DNA from: Acidimicrobiales bacterium
Lineage (GTDB): Bacteria; Actinomycetota; Acidimicrobiia; Acidimicrobiales; SZUA-35
Assembly: GCA_965216675.1 (NCBI GenBank)
Contig: CBDCGK010000004.1
Coordinates: forward strand, 2,055,692-2,119,691
DNA length: 64,000 bases
Reading direction: 5' to 3'
The translations under genes and the position numbers were made by a program. Shown here piece by piece: positions 29,272 through 39,048 of this stretch. Numbering within the stretch: position 1 is the first letter of the stretch; the number at the start of each line of letters is the position of its first letter. The notes under the pieces are model-generated. The model was not told the origin of the DNA. It made no database searches and saw only the letters and a program-made list of their open reading frames with translations.

Positions 29272-30597
29272 ATGAGCGACCGGGTCTTCGACGCGCTGGT
29301 GGAAACGGCTCGAACCGCCGTACAGGAGGCGCAGGCCCGAGCCGTCGACAACGGCAAACCCCGGCTGTCCTATGACGCCATGGAAGCCGTCGTGGTCGAC
29401 GCCGTCCGCGAGGGCATCAGCCGGTACGCCAACGAGCAGGTGCGACTCGGCCGACGTACGATGTCGGACTCCCAGGAGCAGGCGATGCTGCGGCGGGTGG
29501 TGCGGTTCGTCACCGGCCTCGGACCGGTCGAGGAACTGCTGGCCGACGATGCCGTCGAGGAGATCTACGGCCACTACGACTACGTGCAGATCGACAAGGG
29601 CGGCCAGCCGGTCGCCGTCGTCCGCGACCTGTGGCCCTCCGAGCAGGCGATGGTGCAGTGGCTGTCCGATCTGGCTCGCAACCGGGGCCTCACCGAGCGG
29701 CAGTTCAACGCCGGTTCGCCGTTGCTGGTGTTGCGGCTGCGGGCCGGGATGCGGCTGAGCGCGGTTCGCGACGTGTCGCAGCGGGCGATGTTCAACCTGC
29801 GGCGCAACACCCTCTCCTACGTCAACATTCCGATGCTGGTCGGCAAGGGCATGATGCCGTCTCATGTCGGCGAGCTGCTCCACGCGGCCATGGCGTGTGA
29901 GCTGATGCGGATCGTGTTCGTCGGAGCGACCGGAGCCGGCAAGACCACACTCGCCCGGGCTTGTCTCGACGAGCTGGATCCACAGAAGAACGTGGTCATC
30001 GTCGAGGACACCGCCGAGATCGACATGTGGCACCGGGAGCGCCATCCGCTGTTCCACTCCTTCGAGGTCCGGGAGCCGAACGCCGAGGGCGAGGGCGCGG
30101 TGCCGATGGCCCAACTCGTCAAACAGACACTTCGGCACCGCCCCGACTGGTTCTCGGTGGGCGAGTGCCGCGACGGCGACACGGCGGCCGAGATGTTGAA
30201 GGCCATGACCTCGGGCCACTCGTCGTTGACGACGGTGCACGCCGAGTCGGCCAAGGGCGGGATCGCCAAGATGGCCCTGATGCTCGCCCTGTCCGAGGGC
30301 CGGCTCTCGCTGCCGGTGGCCCACAATCTGATCTCGCAGGGTGTCGATCTGATCATCCACGTCGCCCGCGATCCCCGCAAGGGCCACCGCTACATCACCG
30401 AGGTGGTGGAGGTGGCGGGCTTCGACGGCGAGCAGGCGTCGATCAACCAGATCTACCGGGCCGAGCAGTCGCCGTTCGGCTACGTGACGACGTCGACCTT
30501 CAGCCCGAACCTCGAGGAACGGCTCGGCGGCGTCGGTCTCAACCTGCCCCGCTTCTACCAGCAGTGCGATCGGTCGGCGACGAAGGCGGTGTCGTAA
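29272..30597 (+). CDS. tadA: Tad secretion ATPase (CpaF/TadA, type II/IV secretion NTPase)
   Basis: Walker A FVGATGAGKTTLA, Walker B VVIVEDTAEI and the GECRDGD motif. Confidence 0.9.
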   Translation: MSDRVFDALVETARTAVQEAQARAVDNGKPRLSYDAMEAVVVDAVREGISRYANEQVRLGRRTMSDSQEQAMLRRVVRFVTGLGPVEELLADDAVEEIYGHYDYVQIDKGGQPVAVVRDLWPSEQAMVQWLSDLARNRGLTERQFNAGSPLLVLRLRAGMRLSAVRDVSQRAMFNLRRNTLSYVNIPMLVGKGMMPSHVGELLHAAMACELMRIVFVGATGAGKTTLARACLDELDPQKNVVIVEDTAEIDMWHRERHPLFHSFEVREPNAEGEGAVPMAQLVKQTLRHRPDWFSVGECRDGDTAAEMLKAMTSGHSSLTTVHAESAKGGIAKMALMLALSEGRLSLPVAHNLISQGVDLIIHVARDPRKGHRYITEVVEVAGFDGEQASINQIYRAEQSPFGYVTTSTFSPNLEERLGGVGLNLPRFYQQCDRSATKAVS

Positions 30598-31463
30598 TGG
30601 CCCCCGGAGCGCTCGCGGCGGCTGTGGTTGCCGGCCTGTTGGCCACCGGTCTGGTCGTCTTCGCCTACTCGTTCACCGAGCCGCCACCCAAGGAGGCGAA
30701 GCCGCCGTGGCTGGGCAGGGAGGTCAGCGGCGCGATCCTGGTCTGGGTGGCGTTGAGCGTCGTCGCCGGTCTGGTCGCCTGGTTCGGATCGGGCTGGCCC
30801 GCCGTCGGTTTGGGGGCAGCCGGGTTGGTGTGGGTGTTCAAGTTCTGGTTACGGGCCAATCGGGAGCGGGCCGTCTACTTCAAGACCACCGAGGCCATCT
30901 CGACCTGGGTGGACATGGTGAAGGACTCCCTCGCCGGCGGCGCCGGTCTGAGCCAAGCCATCGAGGCCACCGTTCCGGTTGCCCCCGACATCGTGCGGCC
31001 CCACGTCGCCCGGCTGGCCGGATCGCAGCGGACGTCGAGCCAGTCGGTGGCATTGCGCCAGTTCGCCGACGGTCTGGCCCACCCCACCTCGGACCTGGTG
31101 GTGCAAGCGCTGATCACCGCCAGCGAACACCAGGGTCGCGACCTGCCGAAGCTGTTGGCCAAGACCTCCGAGCAGGCCCGGGCCCGCAACGCCTCGGTCC
31201 TGCAGACCGAGTCGGAACGAGCCCAGCTCTACACCGAGGCCTGGATCATGGTGCTGGCCATCTCGCTGCTCGGCGTCGTCATCACTCTCGTCGCCCGCGA
31301 CTTCTTCACCCCCTACGACACACCGCTGGGGCAGCTGGTCCTGACCGGGCTGATGGCGGTCGTCGTCGGTTCGATTGCGTCGTTGATCCACGCCGGGCGG
31401 CCGCAACGGGAGCTCCGGCTGCTCGCCACACCCGACCAACTCCGGCGAGGAGGTCGGCCGTGA
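30597..31463 (+). CDS. tadB: Tad pilus inner-membrane platform protein TadB (T2SSF domain)
   Basis: ATG 30597 overlaps the tadA stop (TAATG). TM-rich sequence (MAPGALAAAVVAGLLATGLVVF...), in frame with ORF 29961..31463. Confidence 0.8.
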   Translation: MAPGALAAAVVAGLLATGLVVFAYSFTEPPPKEAKPPWLGREVSGAILVWVALSVVAGLVAWFGSGWPAVGLGAAGLVWVFKFWLRANRERAVYFKTTEAISTWVDMVKDSLAGGAGLSQAIEATVPVAPDIVRPHVARLAGSQRTSSQSVALRQFADGLAHPTSDLVVQALITASEHQGRDLPKLLAKTSEQARARNASVLQTESERAQLYTEAWIMVLAISLLGVVITLVARDFFTPYDTPLGQLVLTGLMAVVVGSIASLIHAGRPQRELRLLATPDQLRRGGRP

Positions 31464-32326
31464 TCCTCTTCGCAGTCCTCTTCGTCTCGGCGGCTCTGGG
31501 TACCGGACTGCTGCTGGCCTACCGGTCGTTCACCCTGCCGGCGACCTCGCTCGACACCGCCCTCGAGCGGTCCCGACACACCTGGCAGGACGCGCCCGAG
31601 TCGCTGTTCGATCGGATCGTCCGCCAGGTCGAGGCCATCGGCACGACGGTGCCAGCAGCCGACCTCGAGGTGCTCAACTGGACCGAGTACGAGTGGCATC
31701 GCCGGCGGCTCTATTTCGTGCTCGGCTCGGCCGTCTTCGGGGCGCTGGCCACGGTGGTCGCTCGGCTCTACGTGGAGTTCCCGGTGCTGCTGGCTCTACC
31801 GCTCATCATGGCGATCTTCGGGGCGCTCGGCCTGGCCCTGGTCGAATCCGACCGGACGACCAAGGCCACCGCCGCCCGGAGCGAGATCAGGGCCGCGCTC
31901 ACCCAGTTCCTCGAACTGACCTCGATCATGCTGGCCGGTGGGGCCGGTGCAGAGACGGCGCTGGAACGGGCGTCGCTCAACGGCTACGGCCGGGGGTTCA
32001 CCATGTTCGCCCGGGAGATCGTCCGGGCCAAGGAGGACCCGAGGCTCAATGCGTTTGTCGCGCTGCGAGATCTCGGTATGCGGATCAACGTCAACGAACT
32101 GGTGGATTTCGGCAACGTGATGATCCTGAGCAGCGAGAACTCGGCCACGATCCGTCAGGCCCTCAATGACAAAGCCGGACTGATCGTGCTGCAGGATCAC
32201 GAGCGGCGCCGGGCCGCGGCCAACTCCCGAAACGTCTGGATGTCGATTCCCGTCGTCGGCATGGCCGGTGGTTTCATCTTCTGGCTCATGTACGCAGCGA
32301 CCGCCAGCCTCGTCGGAGTCGGCTGA
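31460..32326 (+). CDS. tadC: Tad pilus inner-membrane platform protein TadC (T2SSF domain)
   Basis: GTG 31460 overlaps the tadB stop (GTGA). Sequence VILFAVLFVSAALGTGLLLAY..., in frame with ORF 30707..32326. Confidence 0.8.
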   Translation: MILFAVLFVSAALGTGLLLAYRSFTLPATSLDTALERSRHTWQDAPESLFDRIVRQVEAIGTTVPAADLEVLNWTEYEWHRRRLYFVLGSAVFGALATVVARLYVEFPVLLALPLIMAIFGALGLALVESDRTTKATAARSEIRAALTQFLELTSIMLAGGAGAETALERASLNGYGRGFTMFAREIVRAKEDPRLNAFVALRDLGMRINVNELVDFGNVMILSSENSATIRQALNDKAGLIVLQDHERRRAAANSRNVWMSIPVVGMAGGFIFWLMYAATASLVGVG

Positions 32327-32386
32327 CGTCGAGTGACCACGAACGACCCTCTGCAAACCACCACACAAACCCAAATGGAGCAAACC

Positions 32387-32605
32387 ATGAAGAAAATGCA
32401 TGATCTGACCATCGCAACCTACGTTCCCGCCCGGAACGCGGTCGGCCGGTTCTGGCGGGATCAGCGAGGGGCGTCGATCTCCACCGTGCTGCTCATCGCC
32501 ATCCTCGTCATCGCCATCGCCGCCTTCGGTGCCATCGTGGCCGGCCAGATCAACACTGCCGGACAGTCCGTCGGTGGTGTCGACTTCAGCGGCAACAACA
32601 ACTAG
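32387..32605 (+). CDS. flp: Flp-family prepilin (non-canonical mature N-terminus)
   Basis: GGAG lies 6 nt upstream of ATG 32387. The sequence MKKMHDLTIATYVPARNAVGRFWRDQRG/ASISTVLLIAILVIAIAAFGAIVAG resembles an Flp leader ending in G followed by a hydrophobic helix. The ORF is open from 32333. Confidence 0.6.
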   Translation: MKKMHDLTIATYVPARNAVGRFWRDQRGASISTVLLIAILVIAIAAFGAIVAGQINTAGQSVGGVDFSGNNN

Positions 32606-32614
32606 CGCAGTCCA

Positions 32615-32998
32615 TTGGCCGTCGGCAGACTTCGAGCCGAGGAGGGCGAGACCGCGGTCGCTTCGACGATCCTGGTTCCGCTTCTGCTGTTCGGTCTCTT
32701 CATGCTGATTCAGATCCTCATGGGTTTCTATGTCCGCTCGGTGGCGTCCGCCGCCGCCACCGACGCAGCATCGTTCCTCGCCCAGGACGGGGTGACGAGC
32801 GGTCAGGCGGAGGCCTACGCCCGAGACTTCATCGCCGATCAATCGGGTGGACTGGTGTCGAACCTGACGGTCACTGCTTCCAAGGGTGCGGAGTTCACCA
32901 ATGTCTCGATCAACGGCGACACCAACCTCCTGTGGAGCGTCGGTCTCGGTGTCGACGCATCGGCCCCTGTCGAACGATTCCAACCCCAGGGGCCATGA
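32615..32998 (+). CDS. TadE-like pseudopilin
   Basis: TTG start. TadE N-terminal pattern EEGETAVASTILVPLLLFGLFMLIQIL. Confidence 0.65.
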   Translation: MAVGRLRAEEGETAVASTILVPLLLFGLFMLIQILMGFYVRSVASAAATDAASFLAQDGVTSGQAEAYARDFIADQSGGLVSNLTVTASKGAEFTNVSINGDTNLLWSVGLGVDASAPVERFQPQGP

Positions 32999-33498
32999 CC
33001 GTGCAGCCACGGAGCCCAAAAACGTCCCCGGCCCTCATCGTCGCGCTCGATGAAGAGGGGTCGGCCGGCTACTCGACCCTCGTGGTCGTACTCACCTTCT
33101 TTGCCGTGCTCGGATTGGGGGTGGCGGGCATGCGGGTCTTCACCGGAGCCGGCGATCTCCATTCGGCGGCCCAGTCGGCGGCTCGGGCGGCGGCCCTCGA
33201 GCACGACCTGGGAGATGCCCAAGCGGCCGCGCAAACCGTGGCGATGGCCGAATTGGCCCGGGCCGACGAGGCGTGTGAGAGTCCGACCATCCAGGTGTCA
33301 CCGGGTGGCGGCGGGTTCGAGCCGGGTGGCTCGGTTCGGATCGACATGACCTGCACGGTTTCGTACCAGGGCCTGTGGGTGCCGTTCATGGGGTCCTCGC
33401 GGGCCGTCTCGGTGTCGGCGGTGGAGCCGATCGACTGCTTGCGGGGCGGCGGCTCCAACGCGCTGGACCTGGCCGACAACTGTTACTACGGCGGGTGA
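32995..33498 (+). CDS. TadE/TadF-like pseudopilin
   Basis: ATG 32995 overlaps the preceding stop (ATGA). Sequence DEEGSAGYSTLVVVLTFFAVLGLGVAG. Confidence 0.6.
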   Translation: MTVQPRSPKTSPALIVALDEEGSAGYSTLVVVLTFFAVLGLGVAGMRVFTGAGDLHSAAQSAARAAALEHDLGDAQAAAQTVAMAELARADEACESPTIQVSPGGGGFEPGGSVRIDMTCTVSYQGLWVPFMGSSRAVSVSAVEPIDCLRGGGSNALDLADNCYYGG

Positions 33499-33502
33499 TC
33501 GT

Positions 33503-33925
33503 ATGAGGCGGCGGACGGCACGAGCAGACGAGGATCGGGGCGATGCCGGCGTGGCGTTCATTCTGATCATTCCTGCGTTGCTGTTCGTCGCCGTTCACCT
33601 CATCACCGCCAGCCAGCAGCTCTACGAGCGCCGGGAGGCCTGGGCCGTGGCCGCATCCGCCAGCAGGGTCGGGGCGCAGGCCGACCCCTTACTCGTCCGC
33701 CAGACCAACGAACCGACCATCGACGCGGCCAAAGCCCGGGCCGCCGTGAACCGCTACGTCACCGACAACGGGTACCAGCTCGACGTGTTCGACCTGACCG
33801 GCAACACCGTGACCGTCGAGATCTCGGGAACCATCGACTACGTGTTCCCGACGGTGCTGAGCACAACGATCACCGGCCGGGCCGAAACGACCCTTCGGGC
33901 CGGTGTCGTTCAGGAGGGGGGATGA
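33503..33925 (+). CDS. TadE/TadG-like pseudopilin
   Basis: EDRGDAGVAFILIIPALLFVAVHLITA, then a ~100-aa soluble domain. Confidence 0.55.
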   Translation: MRRRTARADEDRGDAGVAFILIIPALLFVAVHLITASQQLYERREAWAVAASASRVGAQADPLLVRQTNEPTIDAAKARAAVNRYVTDNGYQLDVFDLTGNTVTVEISGTIDYVFPTVLSTTITGRAETTLRAGVVQEGG

Positions 33926-36204
33926 TGGCCGGCACGGCCCGTCGCCTGCTGCGAGTCGCTCAGACTCTTCTCGCCGGGCTGTTCGGCCTGGTCGTGCTCG
34001 TCGGTGTGCCCCTGGCTCTGTGGCGGTTCGTCGGCAACCCACTCGATCTCCTCCCCCAATCGTGGGAGGAGGCCCGGCGAATGGTCGACCAGCGCAACCT
34101 CACCGCTGATGTCCTGCTCGCGGTACTGACCTGCATCATGTGGGTGCTGTGGTTTCAGTTTGTGTGGGCCACGTTGTGGGAGCTGTTCGTCGTCGGCCCC
34201 AAGGCCGGGAGGGGTGAGGTCGCCCGTGAGGCGCCGGGCGTTCCCCGGTTCATCCGCTCGATCGTCTCGGCCGTGACCTCGGGCCTGCTGTCGGCCAGCG
34301 TTGTGGCCAGCGCCTCGTCGGCGGGGTCGTTGCTTCCCGACCTGGTGGCCAGCGCTCCGGTGTTGGCGACCGAGCTCGTGCAGGGTGACGTCGTCGACGC
34401 CGACACCCAGGCCGCCGGAACGATGGCGATGCAGTTCTACCGCATCACCGATCACGACCGCATGTGGGATCTGGCCGGGCAGAACGACGCCGTGCTGCAG
34501 CGCATTCTCGAGATGAACGCCGACCAGGTGCGCTCACCGATCGACTTCCGACCGGGTATGACCATTCGGGTTCCGGCCAGCCTCAACCTGCCCGACGCGG
34601 TGGCCGACGAGGCCGAGCTCCATACGACCGACGGTGACACCGCCGCCGGCGAGGCGAACGGCAACGTCGTCTATGAGGTGGTCGAGGGTGACAACCTCTG
34701 GAACATCTCCAAGACCCGCTTGAGCGAGGCCGACGGCGAGAGACCGTCGAACCGGGAGATCCTGGAGGAGGTGACCGACGTCGTCGAGCGGAATCCCGAT
34801 GTCATCGAGGACCCGGATCTGATCTACCCCGGTGAGCTGTTGTCACTTCGTTCGGTTGAGGACGCGGTCGAGGCAACCGATGCCGGGCGAAACGAGGGCG
34901 ACGCCACCGACGAGGACCCGGTCCACGAAGGTGCCGCCGAAGAAAATGCCGCCGAAGACGAAGGCACGGCCGACGAAGGCACGGCCGTCGACGAAGGCAC
35001 CGCCGAGGAGGGCTCCGCCCAGCCCTCGGTCGGGGACGGCACAACCATCGATTCCATCCCGGTCGACCCCGGCGACGGATCGTCAACCACGGCGGACCCT
35101 CTGGACGATCCGGAGATCGCTCCGGTGACCGGTTCACCGTCGGCCGTACCGTGGCTGGTCGGCGGCGCCGCACTGTCGTCGGCACTGCTCGGCCTGTACC
35201 TGGCCGGGCGGCGGCAGACGAACGGGTTCACGGTCGGATACTCCCGAAAGCCCGACGACGGCGACGAGGAGACCCCGCCGCTCCTCCAGGCCATCGCCCG
35301 CACCGCCGACCCGCGGTTCATGACCTGGATCGCCCGTCGTCTCGACGACACGCTCGCAGGCCACGGCACCACCGCCGCATTCCCGACGGCCATGCTGGTC
35401 ACGCCGGGGCAGCGGCTGGAGATGCAATGGCCGAATCCGGTGGTGCTGACGGCACCGAAGTGGGGCATGGTCGACGGCGAAGGTCGACGGTGGGCGTGCG
35501 CCTATGATCCCGACGACGCCTCGGCCCCGGCCGACACTCCGACAAGCCCGGGCTCGACGACCACTGCTGCGCTCCCCGCCATGCTCAGTCTCGGACGGGT
35601 GCTCGACGTTCCCGGATCGGCCGGCCCCGCCGATGAGCCACCTGACGACACCGAGCTGCTGGTCAACGTCGAACACTTCGGCTCGATCGCCGTCTGCGGG
35701 TCGACGGCGCACGTCTTCCCGGCGATTCGGGCGATGATCTTCGAACTCGCGGTCGGAGGTCAGGTTTGCCGGACCCACGTGACGACCGTCGACTTCGAGG
35801 TCGAAGGCGCCGAGGTCCTGCCCGCCATCGCCGCCGCCCGCGAGGAGGAGGCCTTCGAGGCCGCCGCCGCCCCGGCCGACACCGGATCGACATTGCGCGT
35901 CTTCGTCGTTCAGGCCATCGGCGCTCAACTCGACCGCTGGTTCGAGCTGGCCAAACCCGAGACCGGGGTGGCGCTGATCCTCATCGGCGACGTCCGTTCG
36001 AGCCGGCTGGGCTCCCGGTTCGTGCTCGCCGATGACGGCACCGGCGAGTTCCACGGCCTCGAACAGCGGGTTCGGGTTCACGGGTTGGGCCCCTCCACCG
36101 CCCTGGCGATCGAGGACCTGTTCCGCTCATCCGAACCAACTGCCGCCGGCGAATCGGAGTCGGTCGAGCCGCAGGTCGAATCGTTCGAGCGGTCGGGCGG
36201 TTGA
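33922..36204 (+). CDS. Membrane protein with two LysM-like motifs and a large acidic/unknown C-terminal region
   Basis: The start overlaps the preceding stop (ATGA). Two N-terminal TMs. LysM-like segments YRITDHDRMWDLAG...GMTIRVP and YEVVEGDNLWNISK...LIYPGELLSL. Last large gene of the Tad operon. Confidence 0.65.
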   Translation: MMAGTARRLLRVAQTLLAGLFGLVVLVGVPLALWRFVGNPLDLLPQSWEEARRMVDQRNLTADVLLAVLTCIMWVLWFQFVWATLWELFVVGPKAGRGEVAREAPGVPRFIRSIVSAVTSGLLSASVVASASSAGSLLPDLVASAPVLATELVQGDVVDADTQAAGTMAMQFYRITDHDRMWDLAGQNDAVLQRILEMNADQVRSPIDFRPGMTIRVPASLNLPDAVADEAELHTTDGDTAAGEANGNVVYEVVEGDNLWNISKTRLSEADGERPSNREILEEVTDVVERNPDVIEDPDLIYPGELLSLRSVEDAVEATDAGRNEGDATDEDPVHEGAAEENAAEDEGTADEGTAVDEGTAEEGSAQPSVGDGTTIDSIPVDPGDGSSTTADPLDDPEIAPVTGSPSAVPWLVGGAALSSALLGLYLAGRRQTNGFTVGYSRKPDDGDEETPPLLQAIARTADPRFMTWIARRLDDTLAGHGTTAAFPTAMLVTPGQRLEMQWPNPVVLTAPKWGMVDGEGRRWACAYDPDDASAPADTPTSPGSTTTAALPAMLSLGRVLDVPGSAGPADEPPDDTELLVNVEHFGSIAVCGSTAHVFPAIRAMIFELAVGGQVCRTHVTTVDFEVEGAEVLPAIAAAREEEAFEAAAAPADTGSTLRVFVVQAIGAQLDRWFELAKPETGVALILIGDVRSSRLGSRFVLADDGTGEFHGLEQRVRVHGLGPSTALAIEDLFRSSEPTAAGESESVEPQVESFERSGG

Positions 36205-36217
36205 TGACGGTATCCGG

Positions 36218-36676
36218 ATGACGGCGCTCGGCTGGATCTGGTTCGCCGCTGTCGCCGCCATCGTCGTGACCCTGTCCGTGACCGACTGGCGTCGCCGCAG
36301 GGTGGCGAACAGCCTGGTGGTGCCGCTGACCGCGCTGGCGGTCGTGTTCGTGGCCGCCGGTGACACCGACGCCGTCGTGACATCGCGGTGGTGGGCGGCG
36401 GCCGCCGCAGCCGTGGCGTTCCTGGCCGGCCTCACCGCCTGGACGGTTGGTCTGGTCGGCGCCGGTGACGTGAAACTGCTGGCGCCGGTCGCGCTGATCA
36501 TGACCCGCCTCGGGTCCACCGCCTGGCTGCTCTACCTCGGCGTGTTCATCGTCACCGCGGTGCTGGTCCTGGTGGCGGGCGACCGCCGGGATCGGTCGCT
36601 TCCCCTGGCCCCGGTGCTGGGGCTCGGCGTCATCCCGGCTCTCCTCGCCGCTCCCCCACCCTGGTTCGGGTCGTGA
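36218..36676 (+). CDS. tadV: Prepilin peptidase (A24 family, TadV-like)
   Basis: Polytopic protein. The two aspartate motifs are LSVTDWRRRRV and GAGDVKLLAP. ATG 36218 is in frame with ORF 36032..36676. Confidence 0.8.
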   Translation: MTALGWIWFAAVAAIVVTLSVTDWRRRRVANSLVVPLTALAVVFVAAGDTDAVVTSRWWAAAAAAVAFLAGLTAWTVGLVGAGDVKLLAPVALIMTRLGSTAWLLYLGVFIVTAVLVLVAGDRRDRSLPLAPVLGLGVIPALLAAPPPWFGS

Positions 36677-36712
36677 ATCCGAACGCCGCTGTCAGAGGAG
36701 CCAGGCTGCGTC

Positions 36713-38896
36713 TCAGTCGAGCGACCAGATCTGGACGGTGCCGTCGAGGCGACCGACGGCCAGCGCCCGGCCGGTGCTCGACCAGCTGACCGCGGTGGCG
36801 TCTCCGTTCCCCGAGGGGGTCAGTTCGACGACCTCGTCACCGGTGACGAGATCCCGGATCCGAACGACGCCGTCCGCGTATCCGACGGCCAGGAGCACGC
36901 CGTCGTCGAGCCGGAGATCGGATGCCAGCACGCTGTTGCCGACGTCGATGCTCGACAGATCCTCGACGGTCCCGTCGGCATCGACCGATCGGAGGGTGAC
37001 GGTGCCGTCATCGTCGGTGGTGAGGACGAGGGTGGCAGCCACCCACTGCACCGACCGGGTCCAACGCCGGTCCGGATTCTCGACGACGGCGATCGGTGCG
37101 GGGGTCTCGATGTCCCATACGATGACCCGACCGTCCTTGCCGCTTGACACCGCCCTCCCGCCGCTCGGGTCCCAGGCGAGGTCGAGCACGTCACCGTCGT
37201 GTCCGTCGAGCACTGCCGGCTCGGAACCGCCCAGATCCCGGACCACGATCCGTCCGCCGGCGTAGCCCTCGAGGAGTCGGGTGCCGCCCGGATCCCAGGC
37301 GACCGCCTCGGCCGATGAGGCGCCGGAGCCGACACGGGTCGGCCCGCCGCCGTCCACTGACGCCACGGCAACGGTCCCGTCGGTGACGGCCACAGCCATC
37401 TGTGTTCCGTCGGGCGACCAGGCGGCGTCGACGACCCAATCGCCGGCGTCGAACTCCGAAGCCGGACCGTTGGATCCCGACAGGGGCCAGATTCGAACCG
37501 CACCGTCGGTGCCGGCGGTGGCCAACTCCGGACCGGCCGGGGCGAAGGCCACGACGGTCACCCAGGACGACGGGTGCGCTTCCCACTCCCGTGTCGGCTC
37601 GCCGACATCAGCCCAAGCGGCACGAGCGGCGGCGGCCGACCGGTCGTCGGTGCTGCGCTCGATGAACTCGCCCGGTTTGGAACCGGATCCGGTCAGCCCC
37701 GCATAGGCGACCGCGGCGACCAGAAACCCGCCGGCGGCGAGCATCGCCCAGTGCCAGCTCGGCCTCGCTCGACCGGTGATGACCGAGCCGGACCGCCGAC
37801 GCGCAGGCTTGTCGACGGTCGGTTCCGTGGGACGGTCCATCGATCCGACCGGCCGCGTCGACGACGGCTCGACGGCCGCGCCGACATCACCGATCGGCTC
37901 GATGCGGAGCCGAGCCCGAGGTTCGGACTCCGGCTCCGGGGCCGGGTTCGGTGGCGGGGTCGGTTGGATGGGATTGCGATCGCCGCCGACCTCGGTCTCG
38001 GCTTCGACCTCGTCGCTCACGATCGGGGTCGGGTCGATGCCGTTGGCCTTCTGGATCTCGACGAGCCGGCGGGCGACCGCCAGACAGGTCGGCGGTCGAC
38101 GGTCCGGGTCTCGGGCCATCATGTCGGTGAGCAGGTCGGCGAGTGCCATTGGCGCCGATGCCGTCAGCCGGGGTGGCGTCTTCGCCGCGGTCACCCGGTG
38201 CACCACGACCTCGGTCGACGGGTCGGTGAACGCCGGCGTTCCCTCCGTCAGGGCGAAGAGGCTGGCACCGAGGGAGTAGATGTCGCTGCGCGCCGTGGGC
38301 CGCTCACCCTCCAGTACCTCGGGGGCACCGTACAGCGGCGTGGTGGAGACCTTGACCGTGAACGACCCACCGACACCGGGAGCGGCGAACGACGCGATGC
38401 CGAAGTCGGCCAGAATAGGCTGCCGATCGAACTCGCCACGGAAGATATTTGCAGGTTTGACGTCACGATGCACGAAACCTCTTGCGTGTGCGGTGTGCAA
38501 CGCACCGGCGATCTTTATACCGAAATCGACCACTTCCGGCCATGCCAATGGACCAGAATCATCGACCAGGTCGGCATAGTTGCCACGAGGGTAGTAGGGC
38601 ATGACGATGTACGGGTGCCGGTCCGCCGTCGTACCACTGCCGTACAGATCGATGATGTTCGGATGCGTCGACAGCCGACCCATCGCCGCCAGCTCGCGCT
38701 CGAGGGCAAGCTCCGTCGCAGCATCGACGCGGCCCCGGTGAAGCACCTTGACCGCAACGGTTCGACCGTGGCGAACATCCCTCGCCCGGTACACGACACC
38801 GGAGCTTCCCACGGCGAACTGCCCCAAATCGGCCAATCCCGGGATGCCGAGTTCGTTGGTCGACTTCCCTTCCCGATCGCCGTCGCCGCTCATCAC
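36713..38896 (-). CDS. Ser/Thr protein kinase with one TM segment and an extracytoplasmic WD40/beta-propeller domain
   Basis: Kinase motifs VAVKVL, HRDVKPANIF, DFGIA and YGAPEV. TM WHWAMLAAGGFLVAAVAYAGL. Repeated ...DG.VR.WDL/WSPDG... blades follow. Confidence 0.9.
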   Translation of the reverse strand: MMSGDGDREGKSTNELGIPGLADLGQFAVGSSGVVYRARDVRHGRTVAVKVLHRGRVDAATELALERELAAMGRLSTHPNIIDLYGSGTTADRHPYIVMPYYPRGNYADLVDDSGPLAWPEVVDFGIKIAGALHTAHARGFVHRDVKPANIFRGEFDRQPILADFGIASFAAPGVGGSFTVKVSTTPLYGAPEVLEGERPTARSDIYSLGASLFALTEGTPAFTDPSTEVVVHRVTAAKTPPRLTASAPMALADLLTDMMARDPDRRPPTCLAVARRLVEIQKANGIDPTPIVSDEVEAETEVGGDRNPIQPTPPPNPAPEPESEPRARLRIEPIGDVGAAVEPSSTRPVGSMDRPTEPTVDKPARRRSGSVITGRARPSWHWAMLAAGGFLVAAVAYAGLTGSGSKPGEFIERSTDDRSAAAARAAWADVGEPTREWEAHPSSWVTVVAFAPAGPELATAGTDGAVRIWPLSGSNGPASEFDAGDWVVDAAWSPDGTQMAVAVTDGTVAVASVDGGGPTRVGSGASSAEAVAWDPGGTRLLEGYAGGRIVVRDLGGSEPAVLDGHDGDVLDLAWDPSGGRAVSSGKDGRVIVWDIETPAPIAVVENPDRRWTRSVQWVAATLVLTTDDDGTVTLRSVDADGTVEDLSSIDVGNSVLASDLRLDDGVLLAVGYADGVVRIRDLVTGDEVVELTPSGNGDATAVSWSSTGRALAVGRLDGTVQIWSLD

Positions 38897-38963
38897 AGCT
38901 CAGAGTATTGGCGGATTGCGGCCGGACCACATCGCCCGGCCACCTCACAACCGGTGATCGCAC

Positions 38964-39006
38964 GGGATCGATCCCCATTGTCGGATCCGGGCACCCCGCT
39001 TAACGT
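38964..39006 (+). promoter_or_regulatory. Candidate operator-promoter 2: GGGATCGATCCC-N25-TAACGT, upstream of the WXG100 gene
   Basis: Palindrome at 38964-38975. TTGTCG lies at the -35 position and TAACGT at 39001-39006, about 43 nt before ATG 39049. Confidence 0.55.
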
Positions 39007-39048
39007 TGGCGACACGAACAAGAACTATCAAATCAGGAGGAAATGACA

